Source of the DNA: an uncultured bacterium
GTDB lineage: Bacteria > Verrucomicrobiota > Verrucomicrobiia > Limisphaerales > UBA8199
DNA: 64,000 bases
Assembly (NCBI GenBank): GCA_963749495.1
Contig: CAVVMW010000012.1
Span: 256,001 to 320,000, forward strand
Reading direction: 5' to 3'
In this document: positions 50,120 through 59,296 of the stretch, piece after piece
Layout of the letters: every line of letters starts with the position of its first letter
Position numbering within the stretch: the first letter of the stretch is position 1
Notes under the pieces: generated by a model
Told to the model about the DNA's origin: nothing
Seen by the model: only the letters and a program-made list of their open reading frames with translations
Databases searched by the model: none
Made by a program: the position numbers and the translations under genes

Positions 50120-52981
50120 ATGGACTATAAGAACACGTTGAACCTGCCGCAGACGGGTTTCCCGATGAAGGCCGATTTGGTCCGGCGGGAACCGGAGCGG
50201 TTGAAGCAATGGGCTGGGGCCGGGCTCTATGGGCGCATCCAGGCCCAGCGCGCCGGCGCGCCCAAATTCGTCCTGCACGACGGCCCGCCCTTTGCCAATG
50301 GCGACGTGCACATCGGCAACGCGCTGAACAAGATCCTCAAGGACATGGTCGTCAAATACAAGAGCCTGCGCGGGTTCGACACCCCTTACGTGCCGGGCTG
50401 GGACTGTCATGGCCTGCCCATCGAGTTCAAGGTAACCCAGGAGATGCGCAAGGCGGGGAACACTGCGGCCGACCCCGCCACCATCCGCAGCGCCTGCGAG
50501 GCCTACGCGCAGAAATACATCGCCATCCAGCGCGCCCAGTTCCAGCGCCTGGGCGTCCTGGGCGATTGGGAGAACCCCTATCTCACACTCCGCAAGGAAT
50601 ACGAGGCCGAGGAACTCCGCCTGTTCGCCAACCTCGTCGAGCAAGGCTTCGTCTATCGCGGCAGGAAACCGGTCTATTGGAGCATCCCTTGCCGCACCGC
50701 CCTGGCCGAGGCCGAGGTCGAGTACAAAGACCACGCCAGCCAGAGCGTCTATGTGAAGTTTCCCGTCGTCGGCCTGCCCGGGGTCTCGATCGTCATCTGG
50801 ACCACCACGCCCTGGACGCTCCCGGCCAACCTGGCGGTGGCCTATAACTCCACCTTCAGCTATTCCCTGGTCCAGGTGGGGGAGGAGCAGTTCATCGTTT
50901 CGGCTCTCCTGCTCTCGGGCGTGGCCGAGAAATGCGGCTGGACCAGCTACCAGATCGTCCGCAGCCTCGACGGCGGCCACCTGAGCCAGCTCGAATATCA
51001 GCACCCGTTCTGCAACCGGACCGGCCGCCTCTACGCGGGCGATTCGTTCGTCGAGAACACTACCGGCACCGGCTTCGTCCATGCCGCCCCCGGGCACGGT
51101 CTGGAGGACTACCTGCTGGGCTTGGAGCACGGTTTGCCGATCTATTCGCCGGTGGACGACGACGGCCGCTTTGCGCACACCTCCGATCTGCCCATCGAGC
51201 AGCAGATGCCCGCCGAAATGCTCGGCAAGGCCATCCTCGAAAAGCACGGCAAGAGCGAGGCCAACCAAGCGGTCCTGGACCAACTGCGCGCCCGCCATGC
51301 CCTGTTGCACCAGGAGAAATACCTGCACAGCTATCCCCATTGTTGGCGCAGCAAGACTCCCATCATCTTCCGCGCCACGGACCAGTGGTTCATCGAGATC
51401 GACCACGCCCCCCCGGACGGCGCCGGCGCCTCGGCCACGGGCGCCCCGGCCCCGCCCCAGCCCTTCCGCCGCCGCGTCCTCGAAGAGATCGGCCGTGTCA
51501 ACTGGGTGCCCGACTGGGGCAAGAGCCGCATGGAAGCCACTGTCCAGGGCCGGCCCGACTGGTGCATCTCGCGCCAGCGCGCCTGGGGTGTGCCGATCCC
51601 AGCCTTCTATGACGGCCAGGGCAAGCCGATCCTGGATGCCCGCATCGTGCGCAACGCCGCCGATTTGATCGGGCAGCACGGCTCCAACGTCTGGTTCGCC
51701 AAATCAGCCGCACAATTGTGGGCCGCGCTCAAGCCGTCCGATTGGACCGGCCCGGACGCCCTCACGAAGTCCAACGACACCCTCGATGTCTGGATCGATT
51801 CCGGCTCCTCCTCGCGCGCGGTCATCGCGCAGCGCCCCGAGTTGCGCGGCGCCGACCTCCCGTTCCAGTGCCAGATGTACCTCGAGGGCAGCGACCAGCA
51901 CCGTGGCTGGTTCCAGTCTTCCCTGCTCCTGTCCCTGGCCGGCAACGGGGCGGCCCCCTTCCGCACCGTGCTCACCCATGGCTTCGTGGTCGATGAAGAC
52001 CGCGCCAAGATCTCCAAGAGCAAACAGGGCCAGGGCGGCTATGAAAAACCCCAGACCTCCGATTCCTACATCAGGAAATACGGCGCCGACGTCCTCCGGC
52101 TCTGGGTCGCTTCCCAGGACTTCCGCAACGACATCGTCGTCAGCGAGGCGCGCATCCAGAAGGTGGGGGAGACCTACCGCATCATGCGCAATGCCCTGCG
52201 CTACCAACTCTCGAACCTGTACGATTTCGACCCGGCCAAACACGCCGTGCCGGACGACCAACTGAGCGGCCTGGATCGCTGGGTCCTCGACCAGTTCTCC
52301 GCGCTCGAACAGGAGGTCATCCGGGCCTACGACGACTACGAGTTCCACCTCGTCTATCAGCGCCTGAGCCAGTTCATCGCCGTCGAGTTGTCCGCCGTCT
52401 ATCACGACGTCGTCAAGGACCGGCTCTACACCGACCCGGCCGGTTCCCGGCGCCGCCGCTCGACCCAGACCGCCCTGCACCGGATGGTCGTCAGCCTCTG
52501 CAAGATGCTCGCCCCCATCCTCTCCTTCACCGCCGACGAGGCCTGGGAGTTCGTCCCGGGCAAGACCGTCGCCTCGGCCCATCAACTGACTTGGCAGCCC
52601 ATGGGCTTCGAGCGCCCAGAAACCGAGCGCGCCGCCTGGAAGGCCCTCTTCCAACTGCGCGACCTGGCCCTGCCCGAGTTGGAAAAGGCCCGCCAGGCAA
52701 AAGCGATTGGCAAGGCCCTGGAGGCGCGCCTGGCCTTCACCGGCGCCAGCCCCGCGCTCGACCAGGCCAAGCCGCACCTCGACTCTCTGCGCGAATTGTT
52801 GAATGTCTCCCAGCTCGAGCTCAACCCGGGGGATGGGGCCCTCGCCATCTCGGTGAACAAAGCCGCCGGCCGCAAATGCGACCGCTGCTGGCACTGGGAA
52901 CCCGACGTCGGCGCCTACCCGGACCACCCCACCATCTGCGGACGCTGCGTCCAGGCGGTACAGCAGAGCACGGGAACATGA
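50120..52981 (+). CDS. ileS: Isoleucine-tRNA ligase
   Basis: DGPPFANG, HIGN, WTTTPWT, DWCISRQR, GSDQHRGWF, KISKS, C-terminal CDRC..CGRC. Confidence 0.98.
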   Translation: MDYKNTLNLPQTGFPMKADLVRREPERLKQWAGAGLYGRIQAQRAGAPKFVLHDGPPFANGDVHIGNALNKILKDMVVKYKSLRGFDTPYVPGWDCHGLPIEFKVTQEMRKAGNTAADPATIRSACEAYAQKYIAIQRAQFQRLGVLGDWENPYLTLRKEYEAEELRLFANLVEQGFVYRGRKPVYWSIPCRTALAEAEVEYKDHASQSVYVKFPVVGLPGVSIVIWTTTPWTLPANLAVAYNSTFSYSLVQVGEEQFIVSALLLSGVAEKCGWTSYQIVRSLDGGHLSQLEYQHPFCNRTGRLYAGDSFVENTTGTGFVHAAPGHGLEDYLLGLEHGLPIYSPVDDDGRFAHTSDLPIEQQMPAEMLGKAILEKHGKSEANQAVLDQLRARHALLHQEKYLHSYPHCWRSKTPIIFRATDQWFIEIDHAPPDGAGASATGAPAPPQPFRRRVLEEIGRVNWVPDWGKSRMEATVQGRPDWCISRQRAWGVPIPAFYDGQGKPILDARIVRNAADLIGQHGSNVWFAKSAAQLWAALKPSDWTGPDALTKSNDTLDVWIDSGSSSRAVIAQRPELRGADLPFQCQMYLEGSDQHRGWFQSSLLLSLAGNGAAPFRTVLTHGFVVDEDRAKISKSKQGQGGYEKPQTSDSYIRKYGADVLRLWVASQDFRNDIVVSEARIQKVGETYRIMRNALRYQLSNLYDFDPAKHAVPDDQLSGLDRWVLDQFSALEQEVIRAYDDYEFHLVYQRLSQFIAVELSAVYHDVVKDRLYTDPAGSRRRRSTQTALHRMVVSLCKMLAPILSFTADEAWEFVPGKTVASAHQLTWQPMGFERPETERAAWKALFQLRDLALPELEKARQAKAIGKALEARLAFTGASPALDQAKPHLDSLRELLNVSQLELNPGDGALAISVNKAAGRKCDRCWHWEPDVGAYPDHPTICGRCVQAVQQSTGT

Positions 52982-53184
52982 CCCAAGGGAAATGGCGGCC
53001 GGCCTGGGTACGGGACAAGAACAAATCACCTCCGTCCTATGTGCCCCCAGCGCATGAGTCCGACGCGTCCGACCGGTCTGACCGGTCAGACCCGATCCAA
53101 CGGGCTCCGAGCTGTGCCGGGGCTGCGCCCGCTAGGCGATAAAGATTGTCTGCGCCCCCTTTTGCCTTCAAGCTTCCCCCGCAA

Positions 53185-54504
53185 ATGAACATGAAGACCA
53201 AGACGAATCGCACGAGACTGAAGACGCTGTTGGCCGGCGGCATCCTGCTGGCTGGGTGCCTGAGCGGCATGGGCGGGGAGTGGGCGCAATACCGCGGCCC
53301 GCAAACTGCCGGGGTGTCGGCGGAGAAGATCCTGGCCTCCTGGTCTGCGGGCGTGCCCAAGTGCCTGTGGCGCGTGCCGGCGCCCGCCGGGTTCAGCTCC
53401 TTTGCGGTCGCCGACGGCAAGGCCTTCCTCATCGTGTCGCGCGACGTCGCGGGCGTTCCCTCCGAGGTCTGCCTGGCGCTGGACGCTGCCTCGGGCAAGG
53501 AACTCTGGGCCGCGCCCACCGGCAGCGCCAAATACCCGGGCGGCGGGGACAGCGGCACGGAGGACAACAAGGGAGGCGACGGCCCGCGCTCGACTCCGGC
53601 CATAAAGGCCGGCCGGGTCTTTGTCTATTCCTCGGACATGGTGCTGCAGTGCCTGGATGCGGCCAACGGGAAGCAACTCTGGAAAAAGGACATCATCGCG
53701 GAATTCGGGGGCAAGAACATCGGCTGGAAGAGCGCCATGTCGCCATTGCTGGATGGGGACCTGGTGTGCGTGGCCGGGGGCGGGGCCGGGCAGTCATTTC
53801 TGGCCTTCAACCAGGCCTCGGGGGCGGTGGTTTGGAAGACCGGCAGCGATGTCATCACCCATGCCACGCCGGTCCTCGCGACCATCCAGGGCGTTCGGCA
53901 GCTTGTCTATATCATGCAAAGCGGGTTGGTGGCAGTCGAGGCGGCCAGCGGCAAGCCGCTCTGGAGGTTTGCATTTCCTTACAGCACCTGCACCGGCTGC
54001 TCGCCCGTCGTCGAGGGCGACATTGTATTCTGCAGCGCCGGCTACGGCATTGGCGGGGCGGCCTGCCGGATTGTGAAAGGGGATGCGGGTCTCGAGGCCA
54101 GGGAACTTTGGCGCGTCAAAGGAGACAACGCCGCGGCCAGCCTCTGGAGCACCCCGGTGTGCAAGGACGGCTTTCTCTATGGGATGATCAGCTTCAAGAA
54201 ATTCGGCCAGGGCCCCTTGAAGTGCGTCGAGCTCAAGACCGGCCAGGTCAAGTGGCAGCAGCCGGGGTTCGGCGCCGGGCAGGTCCTGCTGGCCGGCGGG
54301 CAGGTGCTGGCCCTTGCCGACAACGGCCAACTCGTCCTGGTGGACCCTTCACCCGAGGCCTACAAGGAAATTGCCCGCACCAAAGCCCTCGCCGGCAAGT
54401 GCTGGAGCAGCCCCGCCCTGTGCGACGGCCGGCTTTACCTCCACAGCACCCGGGAGGCCGCGTGTTTCGACGTGGCGCCGGCCGCTGAGGCGGCAGGGCA
54501 GTGA
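53185..54504 (+). CDS. PQQ-binding-like beta-propeller protein
   Basis: Signal peptide, [17 protein letters not shown] repeats, GPRSTP. Confidence 0.9.
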   Translation: MNMKTKTNRTRLKTLLAGGILLAGCLSGMGGEWAQYRGPQTAGVSAEKILASWSAGVPKCLWRVPAPAGFSSFAVADGKAFLIVSRDVAGVPSEVCLALDAASGKELWAAPTGSAKYPGGGDSGTEDNKGGDGPRSTPAIKAGRVFVYSSDMVLQCLDAANGKQLWKKDIIAEFGGKNIGWKSAMSPLLDGDLVCVAGGGAGQSFLAFNQASGAVVWKTGSDVITHATPVLATIQGVRQLVYIMQSGLVAVEAASGKPLWRFAFPYSTCTGCSPVVEGDIVFCSAGYGIGGAACRIVKGDAGLEARELWRVKGDNAAASLWSTPVCKDGFLYGMISFKKFGQGPLKCVELKTGQVKWQQPGFGAGQVLLAGGQVLALADNGQLVLVDPSPEAYKEIARTKALAGKCWSSPALCDGRLYLHSTREAACFDVAPAAEAAGQ

Positions 54505-54519
54505 TGTGCCAGCGACATC

Positions 54520-55452
54520 ATGCCGACAGGGCGCAGAATCACGTTCCTGGCGTTGGCGGCGACGCTCCTCGCCGGCGTCGGCGTCGCGCAATTCCGCTCC
54601 GGGCGCGCTCGTTGGGCCGACGATACCGGGCCGATGGTCCAAACCGAGGGCGGCGAGTGGGTCAACGAAGACACCGTCCGCACCGCGCGCGAAACGGCCC
54701 CCCACAGCATTGACCTGCCGGTGTGGACAAACACGCCCGGGTTCGAGAAGGACGTTTTCATCTTCACCCGCATCGTGTTCAAGTCCGCGCCGGGCGGCCC
54801 GACCTGGCTGGGCTGGATCAACGACTATCCCGACGCCGACCTGAACCTCTCGGCGCGGCTGCAGATGCTCACCTCGATCCGAACCGATCCCGATTGCCGC
54901 GTTTTGAAACTGACCGACCCGGCGCTGGCCGGCCATCCGTTTATCTTCATGTCGCACCCGGAGCGGATGGAATTGCGCGAAGCCGAACTGAGCGCGCTGC
55001 GCAAGTATCTGCTCAACGGCGGCGCGCTCCTGGCGGACGATTTCTGGGGCGACCAAAGCTGGGAGCATTTTGAAAGGCAGATGCAGCGCGTGTTGCCCGG
55101 CCGGACCTGGACCGAACTGCCGATGGAGCATCGGCTCTTTCATTGCGTTTTCGATCTGCACGGGCCGATGAAGAATCTGCAGGTGCCCACACTCCAACTC
55201 TGGCGCCGCAATTACGATCCGGCCGACCCGCAAGCCTTTCCCTCGGCATTCCGCGGCCAAGGCTCGCGCCAGATGCACGTCCGCGCCTGGCTTGACGACA
55301 AGGAGCGCATCATGGTCCTGGCGCTCCACAACTCGGACACCGGCAACGGCTGGGAACGGGAGGGCGAGGACGAAGTGTATTTCCACCTGTTCTCGGAGAA
55401 TCGCGCCTACCCCCTTGCCGTGAATGCCATCTTCTATTTGATGACGCATTGA
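54520..55452 (+). CDS. DUF4159 domain protein
   Basis: DYPDADLN, LRKYLLNGG.LLADDFWG, NSDTGNGWERE, NAIFYLMTH. Confidence 0.85.
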   Translation: MPTGRRITFLALAATLLAGVGVAQFRSGRARWADDTGPMVQTEGGEWVNEDTVRTARETAPHSIDLPVWTNTPGFEKDVFIFTRIVFKSAPGGPTWLGWINDYPDADLNLSARLQMLTSIRTDPDCRVLKLTDPALAGHPFIFMSHPERMELREAELSALRKYLLNGGALLADDFWGDQSWEHFERQMQRVLPGRTWTELPMEHRLFHCVFDLHGPMKNLQVPTLQLWRRNYDPADPQAFPSAFRGQGSRQMHVRAWLDDKERIMVLALHNSDTGNGWEREGEDEVYFHLFSENRAYPLAVNAIFYLMTH

Positions 55453-55464
55453 CCCCTTGGCGCG

Positions 55465-55728
55465 CGCGTCGCGGAGCGACGGATGAAGATAGCCGTGGAC
55501 CTCGGTCCACGGTCTGGGACATTGGAGGAGACCCGCGTCGCGGAGCGACGCCTGAGGTCCTCGCGCTTCCCGCTTGAGCGTTTTCAGGCGTCGCTACGCG
55601 ACGCGGTCGAGCTTGGGCCATGGGTCCGTGGACTGGAAGTCCACGGCTACCATCGGGCACCGCTACGCGGTGAACCGGACGCAGCGCGCGTCGCGGAGCG
55701 ACGGATGAAGGTAAGCCGTGGACCTCGG
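55465..55728. repeat. REP/REPIN-like composite, same family as 13585-13830
   Basis: Shared 94-bp identical block and CCGTGGAC hairpins. Confidence 0.85.
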
Positions 55729-55885
55729 AATTGCGCCCGAATCTCGGTCGTTATTCTTGCACAGGCCTTACCGCGCCGGGATCGAGATGGCTTGACATTT
55801 GCACATCACGCCGCAATAACGGCGTTGTTCCGGGCAACTGGCCCCGCCGTTCAGCCAAACCAAGACCTCGGACAACCGAACCACC

Positions 55886-56074
55886 ATGAAGGACCCAATC
55901 CAATCCATCCTGGGCACCATGCTGCTCTTGACCGCCATCGGGCCACCAAACCACAAACGCGCGGCCACCTTGGCCGAGAAAGAGGCGAAGATCGAGGCGC
56001 TGGAAAAGCGGTTGACGGATGTGGAGAAGGCGCTTCAGACCCTGGCCCAGAAGCAAAGCCCAGGCGGGCAATGA
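55886..56074 (+). pseudogene. Signal-peptide-like N-terminus joined to a coiled-coil C-terminus; probable internally deleted gene
   Basis: MKDPIQSILGTMLLLTAIG | LAEKEAKIEALEKRLTDVEKAL, resembling tails that follow peptidase-S74 domains. Confidence 0.45.
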
Positions 56075-56139
56075 AGACAACAGAGAATAGGCCGCTCTCG
56101 CGTTCTGTCTCGCGGCCCAACGGGCCGCCAGGACCTTGC

Positions 56140-56350
56140 GGCCCAACGGGTCGCCAGAGCCTAGCCCAGGGCTGAGGCCGCTAGGCCGATGCCCTGGGGT
56201 TCGGCCACCGACACGGTCCGCGCGCCCTGAAGGGGCGTCAGAGCGCTGTGGCGCCCCCTTCAGTGCGCGTCTGTGCTTGATTATGTCCATTCCCAGGGCA
56301 TCGGCCTGGCGGCCTCAGCCCTGGGCTGGGCTCTGCCGGCCCTTTGGGCC
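56140..56350. repeat. Long nested inverted repeat (REPIN/MITE-like)
   Basis: agcccagggctgaggccgctaggccgatgccctggg / cccagggcatcggcctggcggcctcagccctgggct. Confidence 0.8.
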
Positions 56351-56729
56351 GGAGATAGTGCGGGATCGAGCATGCAGAACTCTACCGGATAAAGACATGT
56401 TTCCGGTGGTAGCAAACAAATTCGGGATGTGGTTCAACAAGTAAAATGCTCGCGAGTCCACTTCACGCTTGAGGCGTTGCCCATGCCGGCACACTACGAG
56501 GGCCGCACCGGGGAAACCAGGACTACCTGGTCCGCGCCGCCCGGCGCTAACCACTCGGGCTATCACGCCAGGCCCGCGAATCGTTCTCTTCAGACTCCAG
56601 ACCTGACAGGCATCTCGGCGTTTAGAATTGGTCTTTGAGGGTTCTGGAGCGGATGACATTTGTCTGGCCTGTCCTTGTCGCCCTGGCTTATAACCCTCCC
56701 TGCGGAGCTGGTCCGGTTTCATCCTGATA

Positions 56730-57245
56730 ATGCCGACGGAAAGAACATGGCAAGACTGGCTGGAGCGCTTCTACAACCTCCGGCGCGACAAGAGCGGCTC
56801 GCATGAGCGACCGCACAAACCGGTACTTTTGCTCGCCATTCTCAACCTCGTCGACCGCGGCATCGTGACCAGGAACGTGGAGATTTACGACTACCGCTGC
56901 GCCGCTTGCGGCATCCGCGTGAAAATCAGCGATGATCTCTCCCTCGTCGAAGCCGCACACATCATTCCGTTCGGCGTCAGCCGAAACGACAAACCCGACA
57001 ACGGGCTCGCTCTCTGCGCGAATCATCATTGGGCGATGGACCGCTTCCTCATCGCGCCCTGTCCTGACTCCAAACACCGCGCCGGTATCTGGCGCATCGG
57101 CCAAAGCCTCGATGCCCGCATCGAGGGCCGAAACGATCTGGTCACGCTCGCGAACCAGCCTGTCATCCCGCCGACCGAACAAAGATTCTGCCCCGCGCCC
57201 GAAAGTCTCCGGTGGCGCGAAACCCACTTCAACGCCAAATACTGA
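56730..57245 (+). pseudogene. SBD-type/HNH modification-dependent restriction endonuclease with apparent internal deletion
   Basis: [12 protein letters not shown]-terminus abuts YDYRCAACG...EAAHIIP...[14 protein letters not shown]. Confidence 0.65.
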
Positions 57246-57261
57246 CTCCCTATATGGGCAA

Positions 57262-57701
57262 TCACGGCTTTTGGGGGGTCCTGATGATGCGAGGCGTGCC
57301 GTCTGGCAGGAGGACCTCAGCCACCACGGGGGCACGGTTGCCCCGGAGGGCGTTGCAGATACGGCGATGCAGTTCGTCGAAGGTCATGCGGGCGTACTGC
57401 TCGCCAGTGAGGCACAGCAGCGGACTCGAGTATTCCTGGCCGCTCCGCTCGGTGCCTTTGATCGAGTATTCAGTGACGATGACCACAGCGCGGTGGAAGG
57501 GGGCGTTGCCGTCGCCATCAGTTTCAATGGCCGGCGGGAGAAAAGCTGCGTAGGGGTCGCCACCTTCGTAGCCGCATCCAGGGGTGGGCGACCCGACGTG
57601 GGCCGGCACGGCTCGGGCCTGACCTGGATCCACTCGCAGCCGAGGTGCTCATCGCCCTCTTTCGGGAATTTCAGGGTCCACAATGTGGCGTAGATGCTCA
57701 A
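57262..57701 (-). CDS. Hypothetical protein, frameshift ~57618
   Basis: [13 protein letters not shown]...EWIQV joins AVPAHVGSP...QEYSSPLL across two frames. Confidence 0.6.
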
Positions 57702-57967
57702 TCAGAAACAATTCCACATTCCGCCAGCGTATTAAAGGGCGATGTGGCCGGCGGATCAGAGGGAAGAAATGGGAGCGATGGTTGGTATGGGCGGGGGCGA
57801 TGGCAGGGCTGTAATCGAGCGCTCAGGCCGCCGGGCTCTCGACCGGAAGGCCCCTCGCCTACTTTTCGTCTCGCTTCCATGCCTCATCCAGCCTAAAACG
57901 GCCTAAAACGTCCTGGAAATCATGGTAACCAGGCCCAAGTGACGCGCTGGAACAACACCCGAATCAC

Positions 57968-59041
57968 ATGACCTCGCTGGAGCGTATTCGTTGCGCCGCG
58001 CGGCGGCAGCAGGTGGACCGGGTCCCGGTCGCGCCCTATATGGGCAATCACGGCGCCCGCGTAGGCGGTGTGCTCATTGGGGAGTATTGCCGCTCGGGCC
58101 GGCTCATGGCCGAGGCGCAGTATCGCGCCTGGGAGATTTACGGCCAGGATGCCGTTGTCGCCCAATCGGACGGTTACTACATTGCGGAGGGCTTCGGGGT
58201 CGAGGTCGAGCATTACCAGGACGGCACACCGACACTGAAAACCCCGGCAGTGTCGGGCTTGGAATACATCCAGACGTTGCGCGTGCCCGATCCTCACAAG
58301 GACGGCCGCATGCCGGTTTACCTGGAGGCGATCAGCCGCCTTGCGGACCTGACACGAGGCGAGGTGGCCGTGCGCGCCCCGGGGACGGGTCCATTCTCCC
58401 TGGCCTCGTACCTGGTGGGCACCGAGAAGTTTCTCATCGAGTTGGCCTTGGCGGAGCGGGAGCCTGGCGGTCCGGCCGAACGCTCGCTCAAGCGCCTGCT
58501 GGAATTGACGACCGAAGCCCTGATTGCCTTTGCCGGGGCGTGCCTGGAGGCCGGCGCGCATCTTGTGCAGGCGGGCGATTCGCTGGCGTCGCTGGACATG
58601 ATCTCGCCCGCCAGTTATCGGAAGTGGGCCTGGCCGGCGGAGCGCAAGTTCTTTGAGGCGATCAACCCATTGGCTGACCGGTATGGGGCGGCAACGGTGC
58701 TCCACATCTGCGGCAACATGACGCCGGTGTTGGAACTGATGGCCGACACGGGCGCGCACATTCTGGAATTGGACCACAAGGTCAGCCTGAAGGCAGCCAA
58801 GGCTCGAGTTGGCCATCGGGTTTGCCTGATGGGCAATCTCGATCCGGTGGAGTTGCTATGGCGCGGCAGCCCCGCCGCGGTGAGCTGCGCCGCAGCTCAA
58901 GCCATCACGGACACGGGCGGGCGCGGCTTCATCCTCGGCTCCGGCTGCGAGGTGCCCGTGGACGCGCCCAGGGAGAACATCAAAGCCATGATCCGGGCGG
59001 CACACGCGACCGAAAGGCCAGAGACCCCAGAGGGCCGTTGA
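57968..59041 (+). CDS. Uroporphyrinogen decarboxylase family protein (MtaA/CmuA-like)
   Basis: DRVPVAP, GPFSLA, LHICG, GNLDP, FILGSGCEVP. Confidence 0.9.
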   Translation: MTSLERIRCAARRQQVDRVPVAPYMGNHGARVGGVLIGEYCRSGRLMAEAQYRAWEIYGQDAVVAQSDGYYIAEGFGVEVEHYQDGTPTLKTPAVSGLEYIQTLRVPDPHKDGRMPVYLEAISRLADLTRGEVAVRAPGTGPFSLASYLVGTEKFLIELALAEREPGGPAERSLKRLLELTTEALIAFAGACLEAGAHLVQAGDSLASLDMISPASYRKWAWPAERKFFEAINPLADRYGAATVLHICGNMTPVLELMADTGAHILELDHKVSLKAAKARVGHRVCLMGNLDPVELLWRGSPAAVSCAAAQAITDTGGRGFILGSGCEVPVDAPRENIKAMIRAAHATERPETPEGR

Positions 59042-59048
59042 CAAAGTT

Positions 59049-59183
59049 GTAGCGCAGGTTTCCAAACCTGCTGTATCGCCGATTTCCAATCGGCAGGGCC
59101 TCGGCATGTCGAGCGCCCCCGGTTTGCGGACGGCCTGCGGGTTTGGAAACCCGCGATACAGCAGGTTTGGAAACCTGCGCTAC
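59049..59183. repeat. GTAG-type REPIN-like inverted repeat
   Basis: gtagcgcaggtttccaaacctgctgtatcgc / gcgatacagcaggtttggaaacctgcgctac. Confidence 0.85.
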
Positions 59184-59296
59184 GCTGGCGCCCCTGGCGC
59201 ACAGGCGGGCCGAGCGACTTTGTCAATGGCCCTGGGGACCCGATCCGTTGAGCCGTGGGTGCAATAGAAATCCCTTCGTGGTAACCTGTTCGGGTT

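Noticed and set aside
57968..59041. Calling this gene hemE or a corrinoid methyltransferase system
   Set aside because: Family-level motifs only; no heme genes or corrinoid protein adjacent, and the context is sugar-acid catabolism.
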